Below, in pieces: positions 49,581 to 62,545 of a DNA stretch of 64,000 nucleotides. Source of the stretch: Vicugna vicugna (Eukaryota). How positions within the stretch are numbered: position 1 is the stretch's first letter; each line of letters begins with the position of its first letter. The stretch lies in contig MU061578.1 in the NCBI GenBank assembly GCA_013265495.1, forward strand, positions 1,621,308 to 1,685,307, read 5' to 3'. The notes beneath the pieces are model-generated. The model was not told the DNA's origin and made no database searches. It worked only from the letters and a program-made list of their open reading frames with translations. Both the position numbers and the translations under genes were made by a program.

Positions 49581-50879
49581 CACCCTAGCGCAGGTGAAGC
49601 CAAGATGAGTAAGGCCCTGCCCTCAAGGGGCTCACAACCAAGAGAGAATTCTGAAATCACATCTCTCCGGTGGAACTGACACAGACTCCTAGTGGCTATT
49701 TCTACCAGTTCCAAATATAGGATGTGTGAAGGACATCTCCCTTTCCCAGCTGTTCACCATCTTCTCCTGTTGCCTTTGGAGATGATACTGTAGGAAACAT
49801 GCAAATAAAGAGGGAGAAGACAAGGTCATTTTTTATTGGCTCTGCCATGGCTGTGCTTTGATGGTGGTTTTATCCAAACATTTATAAATGTGTTGGAGAC
49901 TGTTCAAACAGTTAGGCAGCTTGTCAATTTTCTAATGAGTGAAGCATCCTGAGTTTGGGAAGTCGAAGTCTGGTTGTCTCGCATAGCTGGAGGACATGCA
50001 GCACACTCTCGGGTATCTCCCCAGGATTAATTACCAACTGTTTACTGAGCCACTACAAGGTACAGGGCAATTTGGGGAGTGGTGATAAAGGCGCTTAAGA
50101 GATAAGGGAAGGGAGGGACACTAGTGAGAATCAGGGTCTAGGTAAAAGAAGGGGGAGGAGTGATGCCAGCTGGGTAAGTCAGGAAAGGTTTTCTGAAGGT
50201 GGTAGGACTCTTTGCAATGTTTGCGTGGGGAAAAGATTTAAGGTCGGGTGGAAGAACGCTCAAGAAACAGTCAACTGTGGACCAAAGCACAAGGCAAGTC
50301 ACGCACGACACAGGAAAAGCAAATATGGTTCGGTTATGGATTGAGAAAGGGGGTAACTAGGGGAAGATGAAGCTGAATAAAGCAGAGTCTTGAATGACAG
50401 GTGCAGACACACTTCAGCATCGTGGATGTCTGCACAGGAGGCATGGATGTGAACCTGGGATGCATACAGCCCTGCCCTTCTCAGGGAGCAGCTGTGAACA
50501 GCGACTGCCCCCTCTCCCTAAAGGTTCCCACGGTTCCACTGTGAGAAGGAGAACCCCCAGGTAGGAGTCAGTGACTCAGGACTCTGACATGGGAGGATAA
50601 ACCTCGTATTCTCCAGTCCCAAGAGGCAGCTTTCAACAGGATGGAGACCAACTCCCAAGATATGGGGGTTTCCACATTGTTACAGGTGCATAGCATTAGA
50701 GTTTAGAGGGTCCTAAATAATAAAACAAAAAGGTGTTTCAAGTAGTCCTAACAAGGCAGAAATGTGACAACCCATAATCTACCAAGTTGAATATGAACAT
50801 ATTTCGACTATACATCCATCCACATATTCCAAAGGCTGGTGATACAGATATGAAAGATAACCAAAATACATTCAGCAGG

Positions 50880-51150
50880 GGGGAAGGTACTGCAGAGCAC
50901 TAGCACAGATGTGTTATCACTTTGTGGGGAATAAAGGCAAGGGTATATGCATACCTATCTTAGGATAAACCTATGCTATCTCTGGAAAGCACAAAAGAAA
51001 CTGAGAAAGAGTAGTCACTGCTGGGGATGGGAAATGAGGGACGAGAGATCCTGGGTAGAAAGACTTATTTTCACCTTTGTACCACTTATCAAATTTTAAT
51101 TTGTTAAAAGATTTTTAACATATTCAATAATAAATACATTCATTAAAAAA
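50880..51150 (+). mobile_element. L1ME-type 3' UTR fragment
   Basis: tatctctggaaagcacaaaagaaactg...gtagtcactgctggggatgggaa...gaaagacttattttcac...tttgtacc. Confidence 0.6.
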
Positions 51151-51209
51151 AGGAAGGCCACCAGTACAAAAAGTCTTATGGATAAATTAGCTAAACTCCT
51201 TTGGAAGCC

Positions 51210-51450
51210 AGTATAAAATAGTGCTTAAAAGCACAGGTTTAAGTTGGTTTTCTGGATTTGACTTTCTTCTGTCGATGGACAGGCACGTGACCCTGGGTAA
51301 TTAATTTCATCTCTGTGAGATTATGCCTTTTATGTGCAATGGGGAGAGCAGTAATGTCTACCCCATGGGGTATCTTATTTATGCATTAATTGAGATACTA
51401 TATGTGAAGCATGTAGTCCACGCCTAGAACTTAAGAACTACTGTTAGCAC
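51210..51450 (+). mobile_element. MIR SINE
   Basis: tagtgcttaaaagcacagg...gtgaccctgggtaattaatttcatctctgtg...aatgggg...taattgagata...tgtgaagcatgtag. Confidence 0.65.
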
Positions 51451-52164
51451 AGACAACCACATTCTAAACTAATGTAGTGTGACTGGTGTACATACTGATA
51501 GAAGCTCTTGGCTGGTGAGTCAACAAAGATAAACCACAACAGAGCCTTTCACAACATGAGTGGATGTGCCTGGTGGTAATGTCCCTCCCATGCAAAGAAG
51601 AGAAATGATCCACGGGTCCTGGACCAGTAATGATTGGAAGCTCAATGCTAATTACTCAGTGGCAGTAGAAACGTCAGGGAAGGGCCTCTCCTTTTTTCCT
51701 AATGTGGGAATTAATTCATTACTCTCTGTGAAGTCAGATTCTTCACTCAAACATTCTTCCAGAAGCTTCATTTCTGTGAGGAGGCATCTGTGTGATCTTC
51801 TGCAGGAAAAACCAAGTTGCTAGGATAGAGTATGTCCCAAGGAAGCTCTGGGCTGTATTTCCAAGAAAAGATTTCATACAATTTTCACCAAAGAAGAAGG
51901 AGTAAAGAGTGAAATAAGGAGAGAGAAGGAGGAGCTTTGAGGGCCTCTGTGAGGAACGGATGAGGCACAGTGAGGTGGGCATTCATCGACGTTCACTTCA
52001 AGGAAATGTTGTATAACTTGGGTCATCTTTTTACCCCACTGCAATCCCAAGGGATGAATATGTGGTGACTTTAGTGATGAAAATGGCACCTCCAACTGTT
52101 TAATTCCATTTTTTCCGAAGTCAAAGAACAGCTCCTGGTGTCATCTCACTAAATCTACTGATGC

Positions 52165-52305
52165 TTCCTTCCCTTCCCTTCCCTTCCCTTCCCTTCCCTT
52201 CCCTCTTTTATTTCCTCCTTCCTTCCTTCCTTCTTCCCACCTCCCTCCTTCCGTCCTCTTTCTTTCTTCCTTTCCTCCTTAATTCCTCCCTCTCTTTCCC
52301 TCTTT
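52165..52305. repeat. (CCCTT)n / polypyrimidine tract
   Basis: About 7 perfect cttcc units followed by ~100 bp of CT-rich sequence. Confidence 0.95.
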
Positions 52306-52837
52306 CATTGGTTCACCAGCTGACACAGGTGTTCCATGTTAAACATGAATTCTCTCAAGACCCTCCCTTTCTCATTTAACTGCAAACATCTTTGACTTTC
52401 AAAACACCTTTAAGGGTCCCTCCCTCCTCAACATCTCCAGGGTGTGGCCCCGCCTTCAGGGCTCAGTTCAAACTCTCCCTCCTGCAGGGAAGTGCACCTA
52501 GTTGGGGCACCAGCCCCAGTTCACCAAACCCTTCTCTGAGCTCCAACCCAACTTACTCTTTGGTAACTGGAGGACTTGACAAGTCTATGATTTCCTGGTG
52601 GCTCTCTGAGTGCCACTTGGCTCCTCAGCGATGCCTCATTCCTTCAGCACTGGAACAGTCCTTGTCGAATGTTCTCATCCTAACACCTACCACAGTCTGG
52701 GTGCCTTAAGGGGAATTCTAAATAAATACAGGGAGATGGGATCTCTGAGTTCTACAGTTTCATGTCAGTGACTTGGGAGGAGGACTAGCCTGTGCAAACA
52801 ATAATTCTGCCCACTGCCCACCAACACAGAGAGCCCC

Positions 52838-53253
52838 ATCCTGGGTTACAGTGTCCCCTCAGAATGTGTGTCTACCCAAAAACTCAGATGCGACCTTATT
52901 TGAAAAATAGAATATTTGCAGAATTAATTAGTTAACATGAGGTCACACTGGAGTCACGTGGGCCCTAAATCCCGTGGCAAGTGTCCTTATAAAGAGAGAG
53001 AGAGATTTGGAAACCCAGAGGCACAGCCCTGCAGGGAAGAAGCAATGATGTGGAGGCTGGTGCAGCCACAAGCCACGGAACACCAAGGCTGGACGGCAAC
53101 CTCCAGAAGCCAGGAAGAGGCAAGAAAGGATTCTTCTTTACAGCCTTCAGAGGGAGCATGGCCCTGCCAACATCTTTGCTTCAGAATCCCAGCCTCCGGA
53201 ACTACGGGAGAAGTTTGTGCTACTTTGTTATGGCAACCTTAGGGGAAAAACAC
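52838..53253 (+). mobile_element. MaLR LTR MLT1C-like
   Basis: gtgtcccc...gaccttatttgaaaaatag...atgaggtcacactggag...gggccctaaatcc...gtccttataaagag...cagaagccaggaagaggcaagaaaggattct...cagagggagcatggccctgccaaca. Confidence 0.9.
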
Positions 53254-53999
53254 CACCCCCGTTACGCTTTTAGCACAAAACAAATTCCAAGAAGTGTGGC
53301 CACAGTCCTGTGATAGCCTCACCCTCATCCCAAACATTCAATAGGAACGTGCTGTGTGAAAAGGTAAACGTTTAGACACAAATACTCTGAAAGTGGCTTT
53401 GGAGATTATTTTTACAGCAGGGGCATGGTTTTCCCAAGGGGAATCTTACACACAACTTTAAACAGTCAGCATGCCATTGGGATGCAATAGTTGCTTATTA
53501 TAAAGTCAACCAATGAGGGTCGGGTGGCTATTTTTGACCTAGATAATTCTGAATTTACTTAACAGGTTTGAACAATCCATGAAGCTAACACAGAAATACT
53601 GACAGGGACTTTGGAATCTTGATCAAATCTTGGGAATGTGAAAATCTCTGATCTGATAAATGTGCTTGTTAAAGAGACCAAAAGTTGAGGTCAAGGAGAA
53701 GGTGGAAATAATTTACCAAGGTCATCCAGCTACAGTGGAGTGTCTGTGATCAGCTATAGGGTTCAGGCAACAGATGGCTGGTGCTGACTTCTGTGTTCTT
53801 TGCTTCACTGGACCAAGTATTTTCCCACCCTAAGTGGCCACTAATAGTTTGTGAGTGCTCACGCACACAGTCTAATTTACTGTTTCTAATGCCCACCCCC
53901 ACCCCACATCAAACCATCTAAAGACCTCTGTCATCCAATGACTAGAGGATTTATCAACTTGTCACCAATGATATCCCTCCATCCCTTCCTTTCTTCATC

Positions 54000-54520
54000 A
54001 TGTGTTCACCAAGTGTCTACCCTCTAACACACTCCTTTATGTACCAGGGAGAGAGATGGGTTAAAATGGAGATGAGTAAGGATGATCATCCCATGGTGCT
54101 GACAGTCTCGTTGATGGAGACAGGCAATGGATAATTCAACAAATAAGACGATTTTAAAGAGCAGCATGTACTACCGAGGGAAGGTGACTCCTAGGGAGGG
54201 GTTCCTTAGGTTAGGATGGATGATGAAGGCTGCTTTGATGCTTAAAGGATAAGAGGGAGCCAGGACTTTAATGAACCAGGAGAGTGATACCCCAAAGCTG
54301 GGACTAAAAGCAAAGTCCTTGAACCCAGAATGAGCTCAGGTGAGTTCAAGGAAGAGAAGGGAAGACCATACGGTGAAAAAGAGGGTAGAATGTATTGAGT
54401 AGGAAGGGGTTAGATCTTAGAAAGCCTGCAGCTCAAGGCAGGGGCTTGGATTACATTCTAAATGCAGAGGGAAGCATAGACAGGTGCTGAGCAGGGGAGG
54501 AGATAATCTGACCTCCTTTT
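54000..54520 (-). mobile_element. L2 fragment
   Basis: ttcaccaagtgtctac...atgtaccagg...aaaggataagagggagccagg...gcaaagtccttga...ggcttggattacattctaaatgcagagggaagc...gagcagggga. Confidence 0.7.
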
Positions 54521-55669
54521 TTAAACTATCCCTTCTTATGACTTACCTTTTCTTAGGTACTTTAAGAGGCAGTCTGATTATTTAACCTTAGTTAAATATT
54601 AACCTGGTTATTAATATTAACCTACTTATTTAATCCCCAGGCAGGTTATGGTTTCCTGAACAGGTAACATTTAACTTTACGAGCCACCCCCACATCTTCC
54701 CATCAGCTAAATTAATAAAAACAGCTTCACTTAGAATTACTCTCCTTATGCCAAGCAGAGGCATATTTTGCAGTCTTTTAACTGTCTTATTTCATTGACT
54801 GAAGTTGATGTCTTCATAAATATTCTTTTTCAAAATTCCTCCCAACACGATGGAATTATGCATTTCCTGATGAACAGCCAGCCTGGGTCCAAATTAATCC
54901 AAGGCAGGAAGGTGGTTAACCATCAATATTCTAACAGATATTATCTCTGGAAATAAGACATTCCCTCCCCTTGCTTCTGGACTCATAACCCTTTGCTTTA
55001 TGAGCTCTTCACTGGGGGAAGGGCAGAGGTTTATCTGCTTGGGAGACACACACAATGTTCATCCTCATTTTTCAAAGGCACACACTGTAGGTCCCCAGAC
55101 CACCATTAAAATGTGCTGCATAATCTTTGGAAATTGATTCAAAGAAAACAGATGTCAGTTTTTCTAGATGCAAGGGCATTTTCACTCTGCCGGATCTCCT
55201 TCCACTTTCATTAGAAAACAAATATTTGGCTTTGGAGAAGCCGGTCAATGACCTTGGTGAGAATGTGAGAGCTGAACTTATAATTCCTGGGCTCACATGT
55301 CCAGAAGCCCTGCAAAGGGACCGCTCCCCTTCCAGGAACTCTAATTCAAGACTAAAACACACGGTGTAAAATGGGCTAGTGATAAGGATTTCATTTCCAA
55401 GTTCCACTTCCCAGACCCCCACTTTCAGGCAACATGAGGACCCTTCACAATTTAGTTGTAAAGAGCATAATTTTTAGGAGATAAAGAGGATTGACTTTTA
55501 AGGGAGTATATTTAACTCAAGTTTCAGAAATTGGAATACATGTATGTGGGTGGATGGGTGGGTGTGCACGAGGTTTATCCAAAGAAGGCTACAATCAGCC
55601 AGAAAGTTTCCAGATTAGCCTCTCGGAAGCACAGTATAGCCTTAACATGCATGATTATTGGTGTCACAG

Positions 55670-55745
55670 GGAAGGAAGTAAGGGAGGGAGAGAGGAAGGG
55701 ATGGAAGGAGGGAGGAGGGGAGAAGGAGGGAGGAAGCCAAGGAAA
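55670..55745. repeat. GA-rich polypurine tract
   Basis: ggaaggaagtaagggagggagagaggaagggatggaaggagggaggagggg... Confidence 0.85.
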
Positions 55746-56029
55746 AGTTTAATTAAAATTAAACTAGGAGGAGAAATGTAATTAATAGCGGAACATCTGA
55801 AAGAGATGTCTTAGGCTTTAGAAATTAACATATCCATGCTTAACACGTTGATCGCTCATTATGGATCAGGCGCCCTGAGGAAACGCAACTGTCACCCAGA
55901 TTTGGGTGGCATGGTGATCAACATGTTAAAAGTGTACATACACCTTTTCCTTAACCTAGTATTCACAATTATTGAAAAATGCCAGATTGAACATCAGGTA
56001 TACCTATGTTTCCCACCCTCCTGATGGTT

Positions 56030-56215
56030 GCCTTGGGGTAAATCTATATTCCTGGAAGTAGAAATTACTAGATTAAAGGCTCTAAACATGGTGAAAAGGT
56101 TTTGATACAAACTGACAATTGATCCTTCCAAAAGTTTATGCCAAGTGCCACCTTCCTAGTGGCTTTAGAATTCCCTTTTCCCTCCATTCTTATTAACACT
56201 GGGCAGCCACAGTTA
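56030..56215 (-). mobile_element. Old L1M fragment
   Basis: tatattcctggaagtagaaattactagattaaagg...tttgataca...ccttccaaaagtttatgccaa...aacactggg. Confidence 0.55.
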
Positions 56216-56259
56216 TTTTACTGAGATTTTAAGTTTGTTTTCTGTGCAATATCTGCCTG

Positions 56260-56617
56260 CTGTCTGTTAGTAGGATTCCAATTTCCTTTTGGAGAATTCC
56301 CTCTGCCCCACTGGACACAGGTTAGCCGGAGAGTTAACCAGAGGGCTTGGTCTTCCTGAATCAAGGGGCAGGCACCTGACCCGATCTAGGTCACTCAGAG
56401 GCTGAAAACTGATGGAGGTCACTCATCTGCCTGATGGTGTCAGGACAGAATCAGCAGGGTTCCTGATGCTGAGGGCCCTGGAGCTGCCCTGGTTACCGCC
56501 CTTTCCAAGCCTGGTCACCACCCTTCCCTTCAGTCCACAGGGGTCCGTGTATCTTTTTTTACTTAAATTCCCCAAAACACTTTTTCTTGCTGATAACCAA
56601 ACAGAGCTACTGATACA
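56260..56617 (+). mobile_element. ERVL/MaLR-class LTR remnant
   Basis: tttccttttggagaattccctctgcccc...ggggcaggcacctgaccc...taaattcccc...gataaccaaacagagctactgataca. Confidence 0.5.
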
Positions 56618-58209
56618 GCAGTTAGTTTGAGTAATTTCATTTTTTAGAATTTTTATGAAGGGTACACAGACTGTGTGTCCTCTGAAGTCCTGATACAATA
56701 AATCAGACTTTTTGAAAAATTCGTATACTTGGTAGCCTACAGAGTATCTCCTAACACACAATCTCATTACAAACCTCTAAGGAAGGTGGGCGAATGTGAG
56801 TTCTTTACGAGGATTTGGCAGTTCCATCAACAACCCATTGCCTCGATCTGCAACTTAACAACCCTGGGATCAACCTCATGATAAAATCTTCATACATCAT
56901 CCCTTTAAAGAGCAGGCTCCACCACATCTTGGGAATCCTTTAATTCAAAAAAGGAAAGTCGTTTGCACATGCCAAGTTGCAGTGGGCAGCCACAAAGAAG
57001 TCCTAAGGATTCTGCAGATGAAGTAAATCACTGAATGTGGCTGATCTCTGGTCCCAGAAGAGGAAACCTTAGCCAGTGAGGCGTGGAAACACAAATGGGT
57101 TCTCAATGTTTATTTCTGTTCCTCTCACACAACGAAGCATGACTGGTAAGTTTCCTATCGTTTGTGCAATCCAAGGCAGAGACTCAGAGCTTGCAGCCGG
57201 TGGTTAGAAGGATACGTTCAAATCCACAACTCAGGCACATGTTAGTTGTCTGACTGTGGGCAAATCCTTTAATCCTTCTATGCCTCAGCTTTTTCAGAAC
57301 AGTAATAACAAAGCCTGTACAGATTCAGTGAGAAATGTATATGAGGTTGCTACTATGAAGTCAGGCACAAAATGGGTGATGGGTAATTGGTAGTTCCTGT
57401 AGGATCTTCATCAGAAAGGAGTATTTTCTGGATTTTTAGGAGGTGGGAGCATGCTATGGAGGCTGGACTGCACCCCGCTGTACAGAATTTCCTCTCGCAA
57501 AGAAAGTTGGCTACAGGAACAATGAGAGGCGATAGTATCACTGATCTAGTCTCATCTGACCCTTTCTAGGGTGCAAAGAATGCCCATTTATATCATCATC
57601 TGATCTTCATTCAACCCAGCGTGCCAGGCAGGGCAGGGACAATCAATCCCATTTTTGGGATAAATCCCACCGACGGCTCCCTCCCATCTTGACTGCAGAG
57701 ACATTGGGCTGGTTTTGGCAAATCAAGTTTTCCACTTTATACCTGCATACGGTTTGCAGCAGCGTCTCATCAAGAAGCGAGACAATAGTTAGAATAAAGC
57801 ATCTATCATCTTACAGTCCTCAAGAGCCCACGGAGAAAGGAATTTCCCCTTCATTTTCCTGCCCCTCTAGGAGGTGATAAGCCAGGGATAAAATATGTGT
57901 CTTGCTGAATTCTGGCCAAATGCCATCCCTGCTTCTGCTGGCTTCAGGGAAGAATGAGGGACCACTTTTGCTCCTTCTGCAAAGTGTATAAATACAAATT
58001 ATACACACACACATATGTATATGCACACACATATACATACATATAGAGTATGTAGACTCCAAAGATCAGAGGCTCTGGACAACCCTTGAGGCAAGACCAG
58101 AGCAACATCAAGGGAACCCAAGAGCCAGATCCCCATCTCCCTGATGTATGGCACAGGATGCTTGGACATTTTTGAGAAGGAGCCAAGTTGTGCATAGAGC
58201 ACATGTGCA

Positions 58210-58300
58210 TGACTATGAATTTGAATCAGGTCTCTGGGACCCTGGGAAAACTGTATAAAATCACTGAGCCTCAGTGTCCCCATCTGTAAAATGGAAACGG
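58210..58300 (+). mobile_element. MIR SINE core
   Basis: gggaccctgggaaaact...cactgagcctcagtgtccccatctgtaaaatgg. Confidence 0.75.
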
Positions 58301-60329
58301 ATTAATTTAAATAACACAGGGCAATCACCTGTCCCACTGCTAGTTTCCTTTTCCTCTTCCAGTGACTCCCAGGTTGACACCCAAGTAAGGCTTGAGACTG
58401 GACAGTGAATCTAGCAGCATTCCCTTTCCCCAGGTATATCATCAGTAGTAATTTTTTCTCTTGTCCTCCTGAAGTCCAAGAAAGACCTTACTTAACTACA
58501 ATTTCCTTGTAAAACTGTACGTGATGTTTGGACCAGACAACCCTCAATTTAACCAAGACACTTATCAAGTACTAACCATGTGGCTGGTTATCAATCTCAT
58601 TTTCTCAGACATCCTACCAGACAAACCCATCTTTTCATCCATTGCAGGATCAGCAACATTCAGGGGAAGAAAAGAGACTATAGGAATATCTACAATTTGA
58701 ATTGGTTCGACAAACACAAAAATGAAGTCACCAAAGCCAGTGAGGCGTCAAGAACATCGTTTCCACCTAGTGGGTCTCATTTCTCCTAAGCACGAAACGG
58801 TCATCACTGCCATTATCATCACCATCACCATCAAGACCCTAGAGGAAATGTGTTTCTCATACAACCCATATTCATGTACTTAAAAAAAAATGGAAAATAA
58901 AGCAGTGACTAATGAAGAAAAGCTAAAATTCTACTATTTGAGAAAAAAAAATCCTGGGCATAAAGGGATGTGGCAGAAGATGGGGTGAATAATTTGAAAA
59001 TCAAGCCCGTGATGGGCAAAGACAAGTTTTGTGGTCAATGGGGAACAAGAAATTGGCCGTTTTATTTCAGCAACAGAGCCCTGTCTAGAGGGCATTAAGG
59101 ATCACAAGATTAAAGACCTAGGCAAGGTACTCTCTGAGACCTAAGGTGTTTCTGAATTCTCCTTGCATATAAACCCTCAAATCCCCTCTGACTTCAGCAG
59201 TCAAAGTGTAAGAGTCAAGGCTGCCCAAAAGAAGCCAGTCAGGAGAGAGGAGATGCCGGTCTCGGAAATGAGAGCTCTCCACCTCCCTGTCCAGCTGGGC
59301 AGGAGAAAAGGAGGCTCTCGGGAGTAATTAACTGTCATGCCTAAGATTAATTGACGACCCTCCCGTTTTGCCCTAAACACAGATGCACTGGGATCAGGAC
59401 ACAACCTTGAATACTGAAGGTGAAGGGGGAAGAGTCATTTCCGGATGGGAGCAAAGAGTATGCAGAATTGTGGGCGATGTCAAAACACACACGGAAGAGC
59501 AGGGGAAGGTCATATATCAAGACGCCCTTCTGTGAAGTGGCTTGTCAGACACTAGCCAAGGACTTAAATTAGGAACCAGCTTGTGCTGGGAGGTTTCTCA
59601 GCAATGACAAGTCCACCCTGAGCCAGTTATCCCGTCACACAGGTGTGGTTTGGACACACACCTGCACGTTTCCAAATACTGCTATCTGGAGAAAGAAGCT
59701 AAAAGGAAAATTCACAATGTTGGTAACTGTACCAACAGAGGATGCTTTACAGCTCCAGATACAGCCTGGTCCTCTATCTCTGATCCCAGAGGATGTTTTG
59801 TCGGGGAGAGAAAGAGGGTAGTTTTCACTAGAATATCTCAATATCTTCTGTATTTGGGAAAGATCAGGGCGTCCCTCGAATAACCCATTGCCTGCCGTCC
59901 TCCTTACAAAATCTGCTGCTGCTGAGAAGTTCTCTGCTGGATCTAAGAGGAGTTATTGTTTCGTATATGCATTTTTTTATCTAAATTATCTAAATCCAGG
60001 GGATGAGAATGGAGAAAATAAGATTTTTCATTTTATCCCCCAATGACTAGTAGTGCTTCATCAAAATCCTTCCAGTAAACAGATTGTCTTCTAGGGCCTT
60101 TTTAGCAAAAAAGTGCCTTTGTCAATTCCACGAAAGTGTTGGATTTATGAACCAGTCACTGTGCAAAGTGCTAGGGTTATAATAAAAATGAATAAGCCTC
60201 ATCCTTAGGATCTCTGACTCCGAAACTGTAGACACTTTTAGACATGGACACACAAAATAATCACCATAACAACATAGCAGAAGGTGCTGTTTGTTGAGCA
60301 CTGTTAAGTGTTTTACAGTCACCACTGTG

Positions 60330-60470
60330 TTGTCTTCACAGTGTAGGAGACGGGTCTGAAGTTCATGTCCGTTTTAAAGATGAGGAAACTGAGGCTTAAG
60401 CAGGTTAGGGTAGCTTACTTAAAGTCACAGACTGAGTCCCAGACAGAGCTGAAATGTGAAGCCAGGAAGT
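60330..60470 (-). mobile_element. MIR SINE inside antisense L2 remnants (~60130-60740)
   Basis: gttttaaagatgaggaaactgaggcttaagcaggttagggtagcttacttaaagtcacag. Confidence 0.8.
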
Positions 60471-60870
60471 TTAAACACAAGCCTCACTTCAATAAAAAAA
60501 TAAAATAAAAATAAAAGTGTTAAAAAACAAAGATTCAGGTGTTTCTATAGAGGTACATGAAAAGAATGCTGATTCCATATGCTCATTGTATTTGGGAGAA
60601 TCAAGGACCATTTTGCAAAGCTGATATCTGAGCTAGGTATTAAAAGGCAGAGCAGAAGGCGCCCAGGTAGAGATTAGGATGGGTGGGGGCCCGCAAGTGG
60701 CTGGAGGAGGGATTCCAGATAAAGAAAACAGTAGATGCAAGTACACTGAAGACAAAGCTAAATAGGTTGTAATTCTCAGTAAATAATGATGGGTGAAGAA
60801 CTCATGTTCAGAGAATCCTCAGCAAAACGTCTAGTTCATCCAAAAAAGAAAGCCAAGGCTAGTTTCATAA

Positions 60871-61616
60871 TGTGACTCTGTGATTTATAATAAGAAATAT
60901 AAATTGGGTCTTCCACCCTGTTCCTGGCACTGAGCAGGAAACAGGAAACACTTGGCATTTCCTGCGATAAGAGCAATAAAGGTATCTTTTGTTTTGTAAG
61001 TGAGGAAGCCCTAAGGTAACCTAAGGATGGGGGCTGGTTGCCAGGACAAATAATCACGTGATTAGGAGGTGGAACTTGCAGGACCGCCATCCCCAACCTC
61101 CAGGGAGGGAAGAGGGGCCAGAGGTCAAACCAATTGCCAATGACCAATGATTTAATCAACTGTGACCATGTAATAAGTCTCCATCAAAACCCAAAAGGAC
61201 AGGGTTCAGGGAGCTTCCTGGTTGTGGGGAGAGCATCACGCCTGGAGCGGGCTCAGAAGCGTGGTATCCCCCTCCCATTCCCCTTGGCCTCGGCACCTCT
61301 CCCCTCTGCCTGTCCCTGAGGTATACCCTTTCATAATAAAGTGGTCGTCTGGTAAGTACAATGTTTCTCTGACTTCTGTCAGCTGCTCTAGCAGATTCAT
61401 CAAGGTTGTGGGAACCTGACCTACAGCCAGTCAATCAGACCTGAGGGGGGCGTCTGAGGTGTGTGTGGTCTGGGGGACCGTCTTGCAGGACTGAGCCCTT
61501 AACCTCCGGAACCTGATGCCACCTCTGGGTACGTACAGCCAGAACGGAGTTGAATTTTCGGACACTCTACTGGTGTCTAAGAATTGCTTGGTGGTGTGTG
61601 GGAAGCCCCGTGCCAC

Positions 61617-61648
<32 letters not shown>

Positions 61649-61670
61649 AATTGGGTCCAGGAACCCCAAA
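60871..61670 (+). mobile_element. MER21-like solo LTR with internal (CA)n (61616-61645)
   Basis: Starts tgtgactctgtgatttataataagaaatata...gttcctggcac; ggggctggttgccagg...ccaatgatttaatcaa...gggttcagggagcttcctggttg...AATAAA ~61335...ggactgagcccttaacc. Confidence 0.88.
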
Positions 61671-62439
61671 ATGAGTATACTAGTACCGTCCTACGGCATG
61701 GAGGAGAGTGAACCAGGAGCAGAGGAGGGTTTTCAGAAATAGGATAAGAAGGCAGGCAGATTTAGAAGATGATGTGGTCTCAAGTCTGTAGGTGGCGGGG
61801 GGAGAATCGACATATTCTGATTAGCGAAAACGGCTCTTCTGGGAGGACACTACCCTTTCTAAGTGGCGGTTCATAAGTGGCTGGTCTCAGCGGGTGCCTT
61901 GAGCACAGCGCAGACCACCACTGGGTATGAGCTGAAGGAAGTCAATGACCTCTTCGTCTATGTCTTGACTCCAAGGAAAGAGGGCCGAGGACCCAAGTGC
62001 AAAGCCCCTACCTGTCAGCCTCGTCTGTGGTTTTGGTGCTGTGCACTTTCCCCCGAACTCCTGAAGGTGGTCTGAAGAGAGGAAGGGTGCCAGTCCTGTG
62101 CCCGAGGGAGACAGTCCGGCAGCTGAGTGCACGAGGAACTGGTCAGGGGAGAACGAGGGAAGGCAAGGAAGCCCTCTCTGCCTCAGCGTCCTTGTGCTTC
62201 ACAGGAGGCAGAAGTGACTGATCCCCAGTGCTGGTGAGGATCACAGCAGACAGAGAATGTCACGTTTCGGCCATGGTGCCTGTCACCTAGCAAACCAGCA
62301 ATACCTCCTCATCTCTCCTCTGCTTCCCTCTTTCCTCCCTCTCTCCTTCTTTCTCTCCTTCCTTCTATAGGTAACTGACGCCTGGGCTGGACATGTTCTT
62401 CTGTGACTGTACTACAACAGCCTCGCTGTTCTTCCTCGT

Positions 62440-62545
62440 TATCCTCTGCTCCTCCTCCTCTTCCTCCTGATTATAATCATAGCAACAGTTACAATGATAT
62501 CATAATAATCATGATTATGAATAGTATTATCGCTGTTGCTACTGT
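62440..62545. repeat. Compound degenerate triplet tract (CCT > A-rich AAT/CAT > GTT/GCT)
   Basis: cctcctcctcttcctcctgattataatcatagcaac...ataataatcatgattatg...gctgttgctactgttg. Confidence 0.75.

Noticed and set aside
57071..58748. 14-bp exact repeat agccagtgaggcgt about 1.66 kb apart
   Set aside because: Several 14-mer matches are expected by chance in 64 kb, the match does not extend, and no element lies between the copies
58758..58776. CTCF-like motif (minus strand CCACTAGGTGGAAA)
   Set aside because: Mismatch at a key core position, and partial matches are common; not supportable without PWM or ChIP data
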